Source: Trichoplax adhaerens (taxonomy: Eukaryota > Animalia > Placozoa). From it: 64,000 nucleotides of DNA. The DNA lies in the NCBI RefSeq assembly GCF_000150275.1, contig NW_002060945.1, positions 8,200,011-8,264,010 on the forward strand. The letters run 5' to 3'. Numbering within the stretch: the stretch's first letter is position 1; every line of letters begins with the position of its first letter. A program made the translations under genes and the position numbers. Under the pieces are notes generated by a model, which ran no database searches, was not told the origin of the DNA, and worked only from the letters and a program-made list of their open reading frames with translations. Positions 39,734 to 53,847 of this stretch are shown here, in pieces.

Positions 39734-42700
39734 TTCTAGATGATTAGTACGCCAAAATACCTTGTGAAGTAGATCCTGTACTATGCCAAACTGTCAATCT
39801 ATTGCTTTAACCCTAAACTGAAAATAATGGCCAAAATAAATTTTATCAACTTTAGACTTTGTTAAATTTCTAGGTTTTCTAATAGTACCGTTTAAATGAT
39901 GCAAAAAAATTTTCTTCAAATGTTGATTGGCACTGTCTATTCAACTTAAATCAAATTATAGTAGATTAGCTACCTTATACTCATAACTACTTTGACTATC
40001 ATCTTTCTAGAGGAAATAATATAGATTTTAATGAGGATTAAACTAACAAATTTGAGAATACTCGTATACAATTGTAAAGCTTGTCTCTCTGATGGTATTT
40101 CTTGCCCTCTGCCGAAATATCTTAAGAGAATATGGTCAGTCTACTAATTATCTACAAAGATGAAATTTTTTTTCCAAATTTAACCCTATAAACCCAATGT
40201 AACTTACGAAGTCATTACATTATAGCACATTCGCTAGAATAGTAGTATAATATTCACATTCTATAGACTTTAATATTATGAATAATTATAATCATTCGAT
40301 CGATTAGATCTGATGATACTTTGTACAGCGCATTGGTCAAATTTTAAAGTTAGAAAACAAAGTTTAGTATTACATTTCAAATCTCACACAATATATAAAT
40401 AGCTAAATTACATTGCAATAAAGCTCTAAGATAATATAGATCTTACCAATTGGAATAAGTAATTGTAGCACACGAAAGTTGACGACGTATCATACAATGT
40501 TCAATCTAATAGTAAAATCAAAAAGAAATGCGTGCATACAGCGTTTCAAGCGTCATAAACTATTTGTTAGGAAAATGCCTGTATAATAAAGCACAATTAG
40601 GCTTTATATCGACTGTGTCTGATGATAAAGTGGCGTGAAGATCAAATAATTCGATGTCCAGCGCTTCTTAAATCACACTATTCGAAGGTATGGATGTTGA
40701 TTGCTTAACACATTGCATAAATGATTATGTATAATTAAACCTTGAGGTCTTAAGGCTTTTAATTATAGTCTCAGTATCCAATGTTTTAATAAATTCTCTA
40801 GCGACAGCACAACCGAATTGGATATACTTTCTCTGCGGTCGTGAATACAACCTATTCCATTCTTTTACTTTATGTATAGTATAGTTTTAATAATGGCATT
40901 GTAATAGACAATATGAGCCTGTGTCTTATTATGTAATTATCGAATTTACCGAACATGCTATTCATGACTATCTTCACTAAGAAGTATTAATTTTTCATGA
41001 TATAAATGCATATACGGAGATCGTGTAGTACTGTACTGTCGTTACGTTTGGCAATAACAATTAAAACAAATTATGAATTATCGTTACGAATAATGTACTG
41101 CGACTACAAAGATTAAATATAATCTCACTAACGTAGGCATGTTGACCAAAACAATTGAGTAGCAATAGGCGATAGCGTTGATTCTATTCGATTATACATT
41201 TCTTTTACCAAATGCAGTAATAATGTCGAAGCAACAAGTTGTGTTTTCTATGAGTGCTAACCGTTAAGGATTAAAAGAAAAGCAGACTTTATAGCAGGTT
41301 TTTGTTAACAAGAACTTGTACTATTGCAGATTAAAATTGCAAGAACAGTTCTTACCGTATTGATTCAGATACTCACATTTGCATTCCTAGCTTGCTTATG
41401 ACTTAAAGATATACAGTAATTAATGCTTGATTTATTATAAGAATGGAGCTCGATGATGACTGTAGCCTCCTACGAAACCAAAATTGATGCATCCTTGTAC
41501 AATAACTCAGCAAACTCGATCTTCTCCTGTATCTTGGCACTTTCAGTATTGGTAACACAAATAAATTATGATTTAAAAAAGGCTGTTTTACTAAATCCTA
41601 GACTATCCAAAGAGAATACGTTATCCTAACCGATTGTACGAGCAATCTTATAAAATAATTTCCCTAAATAGATAGATCAGGAAAGCATGATGAGGAAACG
41701 AACCATAGAATCTTGAAAAGCAAAGATTTTATAAATTTCATAACGATTCAATCAAACGTCATAACCAATTCTTTCACATTAAGAAAATCACTAAGAAATA
41801 AATTACAACCTTTCCACTTTTTAATTCTAAATCATCAATATCATCGTAGGCAATAGATATATTATTTACTGAAGGAGATACTAGAGCCATTACTGCACAC
41901 ACTATCATCATTTCCGTCCCATTTCGACGGTCTGTCATGCTTACTTTAATTGAATAATTTCCAGATAGAATCTATAGAATAATGTAGTTTTGTAAAATGC
42001 AATGTAGTGTAATGAAATGAAATGAAAGTGTAGAGATCAAGCTACAAAACTTTAATAAACTTTGATTGTACTTTCGTTGCGCTCCGGTCGACTAACGAAA
42101 CTTTGACACCAAATAAAATTTGGAGAAATAATCGATCAACAATTTATTACCAAAAAAAAATGGAGGGAAGTATAAGCCGAACAACCTTACAAATACTTAA
42201 CTTTAAGTATTAATTAAATAAGTGACAGACATAAAAACTGTCAACAACCAAACAACCTTTCAAAAAGAAGAACGTTTTAATTTATGACAATTCGACCCCG
42301 AAGGCCTTTTAAATTCAACAAGTTCTGCAAAAGAATCTTCTTCTACTCTCCCTCTAAATTTTCTAATTGCACTATCATTAATAGGCTTCGTAGAGCTGTC
42401 AGAGGTATTTAAAACTAGACATTTACTAACCAATCGCTCTTAAGATCTGTTTTAGAAAACTACTTTGCACCATTTAAGAAAACAAAAATCATTCAAAGTT
42501 CAGATACAATTTACCCTATGATTCCCTTACAAAACACTATAAAACCAACACGTTGACAATAAAATATATCAAACTTCACTTCTATCATTAATACATTATA
42601 AAAGTCTAAAATTTAACCTTTAAGCATCAAGATTTAGTCATAAAAATAACAGTCTAACTACTTAACAATCAACACAACCTCTGCCAATTTCCTTCTTATT

Positions 42701-44782
42701 TTCTATTTTCCTAACTAAACTTTCCTAATGTGACTTTCATGTCACGTCACAAAATTCCAAAGTTTCAAATTCATAACAAAAAGTTCAAATTTCAAAAATC
42801 AACTCTTACAATATTTTTCATAAACTAAAATCCAAAATTTAAAACAGATAAATTAATACAGAAAAATTATAAGGGATAAATTACATCGGACATAATTCCG
42901 ACCGATTCCAAAATCCGGATTTTATAAAGATCACAGTATGTTTTATGATGTTTTAGCGTCAGGTTGTACGGTTACTGTACGATTATAGACTACATTGCAG
43001 GACTCTACTGTCATGTTATAAATCCCCTTTCTCTATGGATAGGGTTTTGTTACTAAGTCAAATTCATATATAATTTAAATAGACTATCAAACGCCCTTTC
43101 TTTAGATTAGGCAATTGCTTTAGGGCTACTGCTATAGTAATCTATATAATACCTTGTAAAATAATGAAGAAGAAAAGATGGCGACATGATGATTTGGTAG
43201 CGTAAAACTTAAAGACACTATCACTTTATAGGTATTTTCTATAGTAAAATAATACTAGTTACATACTAAAAGCTATAAAGGATTCTACTTTTAGTCCTTT
43301 ACTACAGCAGCATACAAATAGCCAACACTTACCGTAGCACTGATTCTCCAAAGGGTAAATTAATAGAGCGAATTTCTCCTGCACTTATTTCTAATTAAAT
43401 ATTATTTCAGAGTTGATTGATATTGCTATGATTTATGGTAAGTCTCAACTTAATGTAAATTAGATGTCTGTTGATTATAGTTACTGAATTTTGGAGTAAC
43501 AGGATCGATAAAGTATAATTTTACTTATGGAAGAGACTATGCGTACGAGGCAATAGTTCTATTCTTACAATCTAACATAATAGTTTATTCTTCTCTGTCA
43601 AATCTTCAAGAGAGGGATACAGAATATTCAAATATTTATTTAATATTTATGGAACTTCTTTTAGGCACTATAAATTATCTTTCAATAAATCTGACATGAT
43701 CAAACACCTGTTGGGTATCTTTATGATAAGGTTTGTCGATTCTATTAATACTATAATCAATAAGCGTTAGAATTTAAAAATCGTTTCAATGCCACCGGTA
43801 CTAATGCGATAAAGGATAGATGGCAAGTTGTAAACTTGTGAACTCTATTATCAAATTAGCTCAACAACTGCAGTACTCAAATCAGCTCTTCAATACGGTC
43901 TTTGACATATCATAGAATACATTCATTTAACAAATCCTAAATACTAGCATAAAACTTTCTGAATGACTAACTAGCCAACTCGACTAGCTGAACTAACTCA
44001 ACTCTGAGCTACTGTTACGCAGTCGCTTACGTACTGTACTGTGCTAAAACTAGATATCAATGAGTTTAGTCATTTGACTTAATACGATATATTAAGACCG
44101 ACTACATTTATATAGTCTGTACAAGTTAAGGTAGTGCAGAAGTACCGAAACCGCATAGTCCTAACAATGTATTATGTCGGACATGTTATTACATTATGCC
44201 AACTTTGATAATTATATAAATAGTACCGTACTTAATAAGCTACATTCGACGAAAACAATATTTATTTTTCAGTATAATTAGCCAATTTAATTGAAATCAT
44301 ACAGCATTGCCAATATAAACTATAGTAAAATCCCAAAATTAACCTAATAAATGTACCCTATCATCGGCATAGTGGAAGTATATCATGAGTTCTTAGTTAA
44401 TTTATAGCATCTATGAAGTAAAGCTGACTTAAAACCATTAATTGCAAATTACTAGGACCTATAGCTATCTAAAGTAAGAATTAATTTTTGCCTACCATTG
44501 CAATAAGCTATGTTACGTTCATATTGGAAATGAAATGTTTAAATTATACATCGACAGCTATTCTACAGAGCTTTGTACGAATATTTATTTATGGTATTTG
44601 GCAAGTATAGCTTGTTTGAGCAAAAAATTTTGTCAAAGAATTTAGGTATAATAAAATCGTGAATATTATCATAAGCAGTATCAAAATGGTTAATTAAATA
44701 ATACAATATAATAAACTACGTTTTTACTACTGATTTTAATACACGTAGATTTCTTAGATAAATGATATGCGATATCTATAAT

Positions 44783-47700
44783 TTAAATGTCGCTGTCATA
44801 AGTTTTCAGGACATCGTTAATTCTTGTTCTAAGTTTATTAATGATATCTATCTTTGCTACTGCAATATCGCTAGTTATAGAGAAATCATTTTCAAAAATT
44901 CGAATAATAAGCTCTTCATTTGCTTCTAAATGCTGAAATATCTGTTTTCGCATATCCTCATTAGCCTTCCTAATTGGTGTTGTATAAGCCTGTGCAATTT
45001 CAGACGCTTTGTTTTCGTTCGCTAATTCTGAAACAACACTAGCTGCATTTCCTTTCATGACTTGTAAAATTGTCTTTCTTTGTCTGTCGATGCTTGCTGC
45101 TATTAAAACACCATCTATGATAGCTATACTAATCAAGGAAATAATAAGGCCAATGCCGCCTGTTACGCCACCGATTACTCCTCCAACAGCTGCAGTAGCA
45201 ATGCCTTCAGCCATAGAGGCCCCAGCTACTGCAGCTGCAATCCCACTGCCAACAGTACCAGTGATAATACCAGCTCCAGCGTAAAAGGATTGCCATGATT
45301 TTTTTCTTGTAGCCACAGTGAAATCCAACTGTGGTTTAATTTCCTCAAATGATGAAATCATACTCAAGTCTGGTAAACTATCAATACTGGAAGTATCTAA
45401 TTGTAATGAATTTTCTAAGTCCTCCATTGCCTGCAAAATATCACTGTACTGCGCCCTTAAAGATCGCTGTACATTATCATAAAATAGCCTAAGTTCGCCA
45501 TTCTGTTTTTCCCACATCATTAATAACCGAATAAATCGATCACAAAACAAACCCCGGGCAACTTTTTTAATATCGACGATTTTTTCTCGAATTGGAATAT
45601 CCTCTAATTTCCAGGATGACATACCTTCTTTAAAATCTTCGGTTTTTAAGAACTGAAGCAAAGAAATACTTATGTGTGCAGTACCGTGATTGATAATTTT
45701 TTCAGGCTCGCTATGAAAATTTTGACTTGCCATGATGCTTTTAGCTTCGTTGTTCCTATACTTTAAAAGGTGTAGGTAACTTGATTTGCCATCATTGTGC
45801 ATGAAAGAGCGTGTATCAAATAAACGGTATCGATTAGCCATAACCCCTAATAATGAATGAAACCAGCTGCGTACGGTATGTGTATATGTAATAAACGAAA
45901 GAAAACCGAATGTTAAGGTATAATCTACTACATCAATTTTAATAAGCTACAAAATGTTAATGCTCAATTTACTACATTAATTTTAATACGATCCGTTTCG
46001 AAAGCAAGGTATATTTTGTAATGTACTCAATACTAATTTGAACTAAAATTAGCATCTTAGTGAATATGGTCAGTGATACAATTAAGAAACACAACACACC
46101 TGCTATAGTTTACTATGGCCCCCTTCAAGCTGTCTTCTAGTAGTTGGCCTAGAAGGGAGTAAACTGCTTTCAAATCATTTGATACAAAGTTAGCTTTAAG
46201 GTGACTGCGTGCATTCTCAGTTGATAAGGTAATTAGCTGAGAATCGCGAAAATTGGGCCAAATTAGCGCTAGCTTTTCTTTAATTTTATTTTTAACGGTA
46301 CTCCTCTCAGCCTTTGGAATAGTATCCCATTTATTACAGATAAAAATAGCTGATTCTGCAGAGAATCGCTTTAATTTTTCTTTCTCTAAATTTTGTTCTT
46401 CTGTTATAAGTCGCACCAGCTGTCGAGTAGAAAGTGGTTCATTATTTTAGAAAGAAAATTTAGACTATTTTTCGTATCTTATACGATTATTAAACACTTA
46501 CTCGATCTTCTTGTATGCCGCCAGCATTTGCAGCATTAATAATGTAAATAATTGAACATGCATTGGGCAAATAATTTACTATTTGTTTTGTTGCTAAACA
46601 TGTTTCGCCAATTCCAGGGCTATCTACCAAAAAAATACCGTCCTAATTTCAATTTGAAAAGAATCTTACTTCAATTATTTTTGAAAACATTGGCTTGAAT
46701 TTTGCATTCAATGTAATCTACTAACACCAACAATAGTCAGCTAAATCCATTTAATAAAGCAATTTTTGTTAAACAGCCAGATGGCAAAAATGTTTCGTCA
46801 ATGAAAAAACTGATTTTTCTTATTTGCCTTACGATATTTCAGTTAATCGATTAATTCAATTCTATTCTACTAGCCGAACCTTCAAAAGTGGGAAATCGCT
46901 ATAAATTTCAACCTTTCCGCATGTTAATTCTAAATCATCAGAATCACTGCGATCGATACAAATACCATCTACTGAGGTATTCGATAGGTTTTGTTCTTCT
47001 TCGTTCCAATTATCTTCAACTAAGTTAGAAGTTGAACTCCGCCATTTTACTACGAAATCAGTAAAGATGTTTTTGCTTGATACCGAATTCATGCTGCTTT
47101 TGATCTTTGCTGCAATATTAGAAATATTCTCGATAGGTATCACTTGAGACTCCTCCAACTTTTTCTTACTTGAATCCCAAGTAAATTGCTTAAAAACAGA
47201 ATCTCTAGAACTACGTAATTCACATATACATGTTGTTGTGTGCAAATGACCAACAGGTAGCACCGATTCGTTCAAGAGTAAATTAATAAAGCTACTTTTT
47301 CCAGCACTTACTTCTCCTAACATGATAACCAGGGAGAAATATTGACTATTATTATAATAATACACAATTCTAAATCGTTATTGACTCTAAAAGCAATTCT
47401 ATTAGCATAAAGATTATATTTCTCGAACCTGTAACTAAGATTGGACATTCCATGTTGCGTAAATGTTTAATGCATTTTTGGATATTTTCTAAGTAATGTT
47501 GATCGAAAGCTTTGACTATATCAACAAGTTCTGGCTCTAATTCTTGCAGGATAAACTGGTTTGCACTTTCCAATAAATCGATAATTCGCATCTTTGCTTC
47601 CCTAAATTTAGCCACTGCACCCTTGAACCTCTTGATGAGCTACAATTATTAGGGAAATTTGACATTAAAGTATAAGATGTTATTTGTAGTGCACTGTAAA

Positions 47701-48097
47701 GTGTCAGCTTAGGTTGTACATACTCAGTGGCAATAATATCTTTCTTTAAATTATATAACATATAATTAATAATCTAGGCCTGAGATAGTTTAAGAATATC
47801 TTTCTTTCCAATCAACTACAGATCGTAAACGAATATCTTCTAGCTGTAATGAAGACCAAATGTAATTGTGCAATAAAATTAAAAAGTGCAACCGGCTAAA
47901 AAAATATTTATAGCACTTACAGAATTGCTCTTATAATTTTGGATAGTTTCATTCCTTAGCATTAAACCTAATCGTTCTTTAAAATCGCCCAAAGTTTTTA
48001 ATCCCTCCATACTGATAGCATACTTCTTACAGACCTTTTTAGCATCTTTGAAGCTGCATATTTCATCAATCTCGCATTGAGTTATGAGATTCTCCAT
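44783..48097 (-). CDS. A3: class A dynamin-like GTPase with Gly-rich transmembrane hairpin, ~789 aa, intact
   Basis: Exons 48097-47921, 47639-47429, 47316-46880, 46642-46502, 46419-46100 and 45866-44783 total 2370 nt in frame. Motifs: ILVTGEVSAGKSS, HTT, LVDSPGIGE, CNKWD. TM segment AGAGIITGTVGSGIAAAVAGASMAEGIATAAVGGVIGGVTGGIGLIISLISIAIIDGVLIAA. Confidence 0.88.
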
Positions 48098-50566
48098 TTC
48101 TTATTGTTATTATTCGTCAGCAACAGTAGTTCCAATAATTTTCAGTAGAATATCCTATATACCAAACTACAGATTCCTAGAATTGAATCCTTAATTAGAA
48201 ATTTGAAAGGAAGACATTAATTTTCATATTTGCTTCAAAATTTTTCTATAACTATGCAAAAGAGTATACGCGTATGTAAAATGTATTAGTTTTGTAGGAA
48301 ACTTTTATTACGTTAAGGAAAATAGCTGTCATTTAAAGATTTAAAAATATGCAGTATACCACACTGGCATCAAGTTTATTTGCCAGGATAGAATGATGAT
48401 TTTTGACTTGATTTTTCGCAGCATACTGCAGTGATTAACGTGGAGGGCTAGGGTATGCTTTTAAGAATTGTAGAAATTTCGTAAACGAGAGAATATATCA
48501 TAAAGATAGGACAATAAACTACAGTATAAACTCAACTTAGTTTTAAACATAATACGATTTTTTAATTTATAAAACTCAGGAAATTTGTCTCGGCGAATTT
48601 AATTGGCTAAACGTTTCAATAATAGTAATGCTCGATTTTATTTCGGTTTCTCATTAAGCAAAAATGTCCCTACTTAACTTAAATTACTTAGTAACTTTTG
48701 TGAATTTATATAAGTGGATAATATTTTGGTCTTTGATGGATATTGATTCATTTACGGCAAATAAAACATAATATTATTTTAGTTTTAAACTAATAGATGC
48801 TGAGATCATCCAGAGAGTTTACATTTTACAAATTCTAGCATGTCAAAATCTTTCATAAATTGCATATTTCAGCCGTTTGGATTGACTGATACTAATAGAA
48901 AATAGTTATACAAGTTAAGTAAACCCTTCTGCGAGCAAGTGACTAACTGGCAAAATATCTTCATCATAATTGACAACCACATTCTGGTGTATAACTATAC
49001 AATAATTAAAATGCTATAGTAATTCTGTACATACTCGTATATTTTATAGCCGTGCATTAATATAAAAAAGTTCATACTGAGAATTTTTACTCTTACTGCT
49101 ATGGGTTGACAAACTGAGAACTATCGGGTTGCTAGTGATAGCTGATTCGACAACCTAACGTAATAACTACGATTAATATTTTAAACAAAATAAATTTTAC
49201 GGCTTGCAAACTGTTTCCAGGAATAGATCTAAAATAGTAGATTAAATAGCGTACGGCATTTAAATTTCTTTTCCTTCCTAATTACTGACAAAAGTTTAAG
49301 TAGTTTAGACGCGTATCAGCAGCAGGTTGAAGAAAGTAGACTAGGTGAACATGGATCGTTTGCCTACACTATTTAGTATATCAATTGATCCGTTAGCTAA
49401 TTGAATGATTTTGATATTGCATTTCAATGCTAATAAAGTTAATTAATTACTTTAGGTCTAAGCTTACTGATAAAACACCATACCCTTCCAAAGAAATGCT
49501 TGCAGTATCTTGATAGCCAATTTTATAAGTATTCGGATATCTGATGTTTCAAATGCATTAAACTAATCCTGTTATCGTATTAATGTTGCTGCTGTAGTAG
49601 AATGATCGCGATCTACTTTATTAATTTGATCTGGAACGGAAGTACGTTGCGATTCAATATGAAGATCAATCAATATGATGAATCATGTCAAGCATAGACA
49701 TTATTAATTTACGTCAAACCCTGTTGACGTTACGCTGGCATGATGATTGATTAAGCTTAGGCGACAAAACAAAGTTCATTACAACCCCAGGCGACTAAAA
49801 GTTTTATTGTCTTTAGAATAACTGAAACTGTATGGTCCTCCCATGTAATCGCGCTATGATAAATCAAATATCTTGCTGTTCTAATGTTCGTATCGCGTTG
49901 ATGGAGGCGTGCAGCATTGGATAATAATTTCTTTTACCTAATTAGGCATTATTTTCTTCGATCATAGCGCCATAACAAATGATGTTGCTAATTAAACAAT
50001 TGCTATATTGTTTTTTGATTTCATTTATAGTAGTCCTACTAGTTTCATCTAGGAGCATCACTTCTTAATTACGCGATTTTACAGAGTACAATGTTATGTA
50101 TATAGATGACTATGATAATCACCCTAAATAACATGAAAACTGTTGTTGGTTGTAGCAGAATGAATTCTGCAGTAATTGCTATTCTCGATCCTTCGGAATC
50201 ATAATATCAGATTAGAATATGTTGTGTAGGCGAAGTCTCTGAACTCGCGCTATAAGCAGTTTTTCGATTTCTAAAGTAATCAAAGGATAACACTAGCCAA
50301 AAAGATCTCTTTCTGAGTTTATTAAGAGAGTAGAGGTCTAGGGGGATTTCAAGATGCTGTAACCACAATAACTTGAAATAGTATTATGCTTGCAACGCGA
50401 TGAAAATTGATAGACCAAGTTCGCTACATTTGAATTTGCCTAGAATAAGTATGAGGCCGAAATAACGGGTTAACTTCAATCAAAGCTAACAGTCTAGCTG
50501 GGATATTGAGTATTAATTTTAGTTAGTTGCAATGAATTTTGAACATAGTATATGATGGAGCATTTT

Positions 50567-50592
50567 AGATAGAGGAGAGATCTCCTCTATCT
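50567..50592. repeat. Perfect 12-bp inverted repeat (agatagaggaga-ga-tctcctctatct)
   Basis: Read directly from the sequence. Confidence 0.85.
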
Positions 50593-51515
50593 CAATTTAT
50601 AAAGGCTACTGTAGATTCTAACAAACTAAGCGCTCTTTAAAATGTCCAAAGGCAGTGCACATATTAAGATTGAATATCAGCATGATTTTTTAAATGGATG
50701 GTAACATGTTAAGGTAGAATGTGAACTTTAAATATGTTTTACCGTGGTAATCAAGATATAACGCGACGTAGCAATAATAAGGTATAACGCAGTTTTAAGT
50801 TATATCAAGTTTGTCAGCTAGATTCTAAAATATTAGATGTAACTGTTGTGACTGCGATATAAATTTAAAGATGGCTTTGGTAAAAAAACTAATTAATTTA
50901 ACAATGTGACATTGTAATGTGTATTACTTCCAACCCTACAGTATCTAGTTACACAAGGAGATTTAGTTTTCTACGTAGCGGTGGTTAAAAATAATTTATT
51001 ACTTGAAATATTTCGTTGAATTTTACAGTAGTAGAACTAAAGATAATGCAAATACGCACATAATTAGCTCAAAGCTATCGGCCCCTCTCCCACTCTAAGG
51101 AGTGGGCATTTTAGACCTTTCTAGGAAGGATTATTGATAAACATATTTACCCAATCCCTATTTCAGTCTATTCAAGTAATATCTTATTTTAACTTCCAAT
51201 ACTACTCCTTATTCTAATTAACACTTAATATGGCTCTTGCAAGTGCGAGACCCCAAGCTACGTATGATTGCCATCCCTCACTTTGGGTCAATCATATGTC
51301 AAGTACTGAGACGTGCAACACTTAATAAGGGTGCCTCTAGCACCGCTAATCTACTATCTTATTTACGCGGGGGCTCAGCTTAATCTAGTTTTCCTACTGA
51401 TATTTAGCAGGAACTCGAAGCTTTGACATGCTATCTTGAAATACTTCATCACTGTACAGTACATACAGACTTTAATTAATGTATGAAATCAGCTAATTTT
51501 TAATCATAACCCTAG

Positions 51516-51688
51516 CTGAGTCACTCCTGGCCGAACTAGAAGTTACTGAGGACATCAGTGAAGTTTACGATACTGCAGATCGATTAAAATTAGACGTCGA
51601 TGCAGATAATATCTCATCCTTAAAGGTTCAGATTATGCAGACTATCCTTAAACTACTGACTATTGATAGCCAAATTACATATCAAGAT
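51516..51688 (+). pseudogene. Orphan class B exon 2 (not in the ORF track), head-to-head with A3
   Basis: A tag acceptor is followed by 173 nt, the same length as B1/B2 exon 2, encoding ESLLAELEVTEDISEVYDTADRLKLDVDADNISSLKVQIMQTILKLLTIDSQITYQD. The donor GT has become AT. Confidence 0.85.
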
Positions 51689-52429
51689 ATAGATAATTAC
51701 TGCCTGATTAATTGTCTTTTACAGTATTTTGTAACGATCATTAATAATTAATAATTTCATCAATTAATAAATCAATAACATAAGATAATCGCGTCTTAGT
51801 ACCACTTTATTTTCATTTAAATCGATCATTGCTAGTAGATCATATTCAATTATGTTGCATAATGTTATCGTATAAGTGATGCATTCTGTTAAGATAAAAT
51901 TTAACATGTTATAATGTATATCCAATATGCTAATCCTGTATAGTACATTACTTTTGATATAGCATGCCGTGTGTAAAGAGTTCGATAGAGTAATCTCAAT
52001 GTAACATTAATGAATGCATGAAATCAACACCGATACTATCCTGTATGGCCGTTTATGAAAATTGAGTAAATTATCAATAAAGTGACCAGTAGTTAGCTTC
52101 TAACGATAAATAAAACATCAAATATTTACGTGGTAAACACTGAGCTTATATTTTATATAATACGATCAATCACGCAAAACTAAACCTATACAAGAAATGA
52201 TCTTAAACAAAGAAATAGTCACCTTAATATTATCATTCTGACACTAATCCGACTGCCCAAAGTATAATTATAATTTACGGAAATCGGAGTATAGTTTTAC
52301 AGAAATTCCACTCAATAATTACCTTAGTATTTAAAAGAAGTTTCTTTCGATACTACCGCAAATATCTATCTTATCACTAGTGTAGATTTCAAAGAAGTAG
52401 ATCGCTCTAGATAAATGGTATACTTAATT

Positions 52430-53847
52430 CTATATTTCGTCGTTATAACTTTTTAATAGCAGTTTGGTTTGTAAGAGTGTAATCATATCGAGAAACTCGA
52501 TCAGTGAGAACTTCGTTTGCCTCTAAATGATGACCCATCTATCTTTGCATTTTCTCAATGGACTGCCGAATTGGCATGATATATCCTCCACAATTTTTCA
52601 TAGCTATACCTTCATTGGCTAATTCTAAAATAATTTTAGGAGCATTTTTTACCAATGAAAGAAAAATCCGATTTCTCTGCCCAGTAAAATTTGTTGACAG
52701 TAGTGTACCTGTTGCTGCAACTAAGCCAACTAAGGAAATAACAAATCCGATGCCAGCTATTATAGTACCATCAATTATTCCTCCAGTAACAAGGGCATGA
52801 GCTCCTTCAGCTATAGAACTCTCAGTTAGAGCAAATGCAATACCACCGGTAACAGTTCTCGCCACAACATTAAACCAAAAAGCAATCTTTAGAATAATGT
52901 AGTTCACATATACATGTGGTTATATACAAATGAACAACCGGCAGCACTAATTCGTTTAAGATTAAATTAACGATGCTAATTTTTCCAGAACTTATTTCTC
53001 CTAAGACGTACAGAAGAAAATATTAACTGTTACTACATCTACAAAAGAATCTAATTAGAGACAAGCATGTAAATGCACAGGATGCGTTTCAATGGTTATT
53101 AGCTTAATAATTCAGTATTAAGTATATTTTTTGCACCTGCCACTAGGATTTGATATTCCATATTGCATAAATATTGAATATGCTCTTTGATACTTTCTAA
53201 ATACTGTTCATCGAAACGTTCGACTATGTCAATAAGTTCTGGTTCTAATTTTTGAAGGACAAGCTGACTTGTCCTTTCTAACAATCTAATTGTTTCTAAT
53301 TTTACTTTCTCAAATTTAGCAATAACTTCTTTGATTCCTTAAGCAAGCTATAGTCGTTAGGGAAATCAGATATTACAGCATAATTTGACGAGCGTATTGC
53401 ACAATGCATGTTAAATCAATTTATATAAACTTTGGTAAAAATAAAATTTTTCTTTAACTATTAAAATTACAGATTATTTAAAGAGATGTTGGTAATTAAT
53501 TAATAAGTAGAGATGATTTACATCAATTTATATCGTCATAAATAATTTCAGCTCCTATTTTTATACACTTTCAAATAAAACTTTACTATTTACTTCAATA
53601 AATTTACGTAATTCTAGAATCAAATATTAACAAGAGTAAAAGATTGGAAAGAATTTTTATAGCACTTGCAGAAGAATGTTTATAATTTGTAATTGTATGA
53701 TCCCTTAGAAGCAAACTAATACGTTCTTTAAAATCGTCCACGGATTTTAATCCCTTTGTATTGATGTTGTACTTCCTACTATTAGCCATAGCAGCTTTGA
53801 AGTCATTTATTTTTAAAGATCTCATCATGAGTTTTGATACCAGCCAT
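52430..53847 (-). pseudogene. A4: class A pseudogene with a large internal deletion
   Basis: Exon 1 is frameshifted (MAGIKTHDEIF.../INDFKAAM..KYNINTKGLKSVDDFKERI) and exon 2 has a stop. The degenerate P-loop exon GEISSGKISIVNLILNELVLPVVHLYITTCICELHYSKDC is fused directly to the TM part of the last exon. The G3 and G4 exons are missing. Confidence 0.87.

Noticed and set aside
7067-48097. Bacterial origin (endosymbiont contamination or a bacterial DLP operon)
   Set aside because: All copies have multiple canonical GT-AG introns in conserved positions and are contiguous with a eukaryotic apicortin gene.
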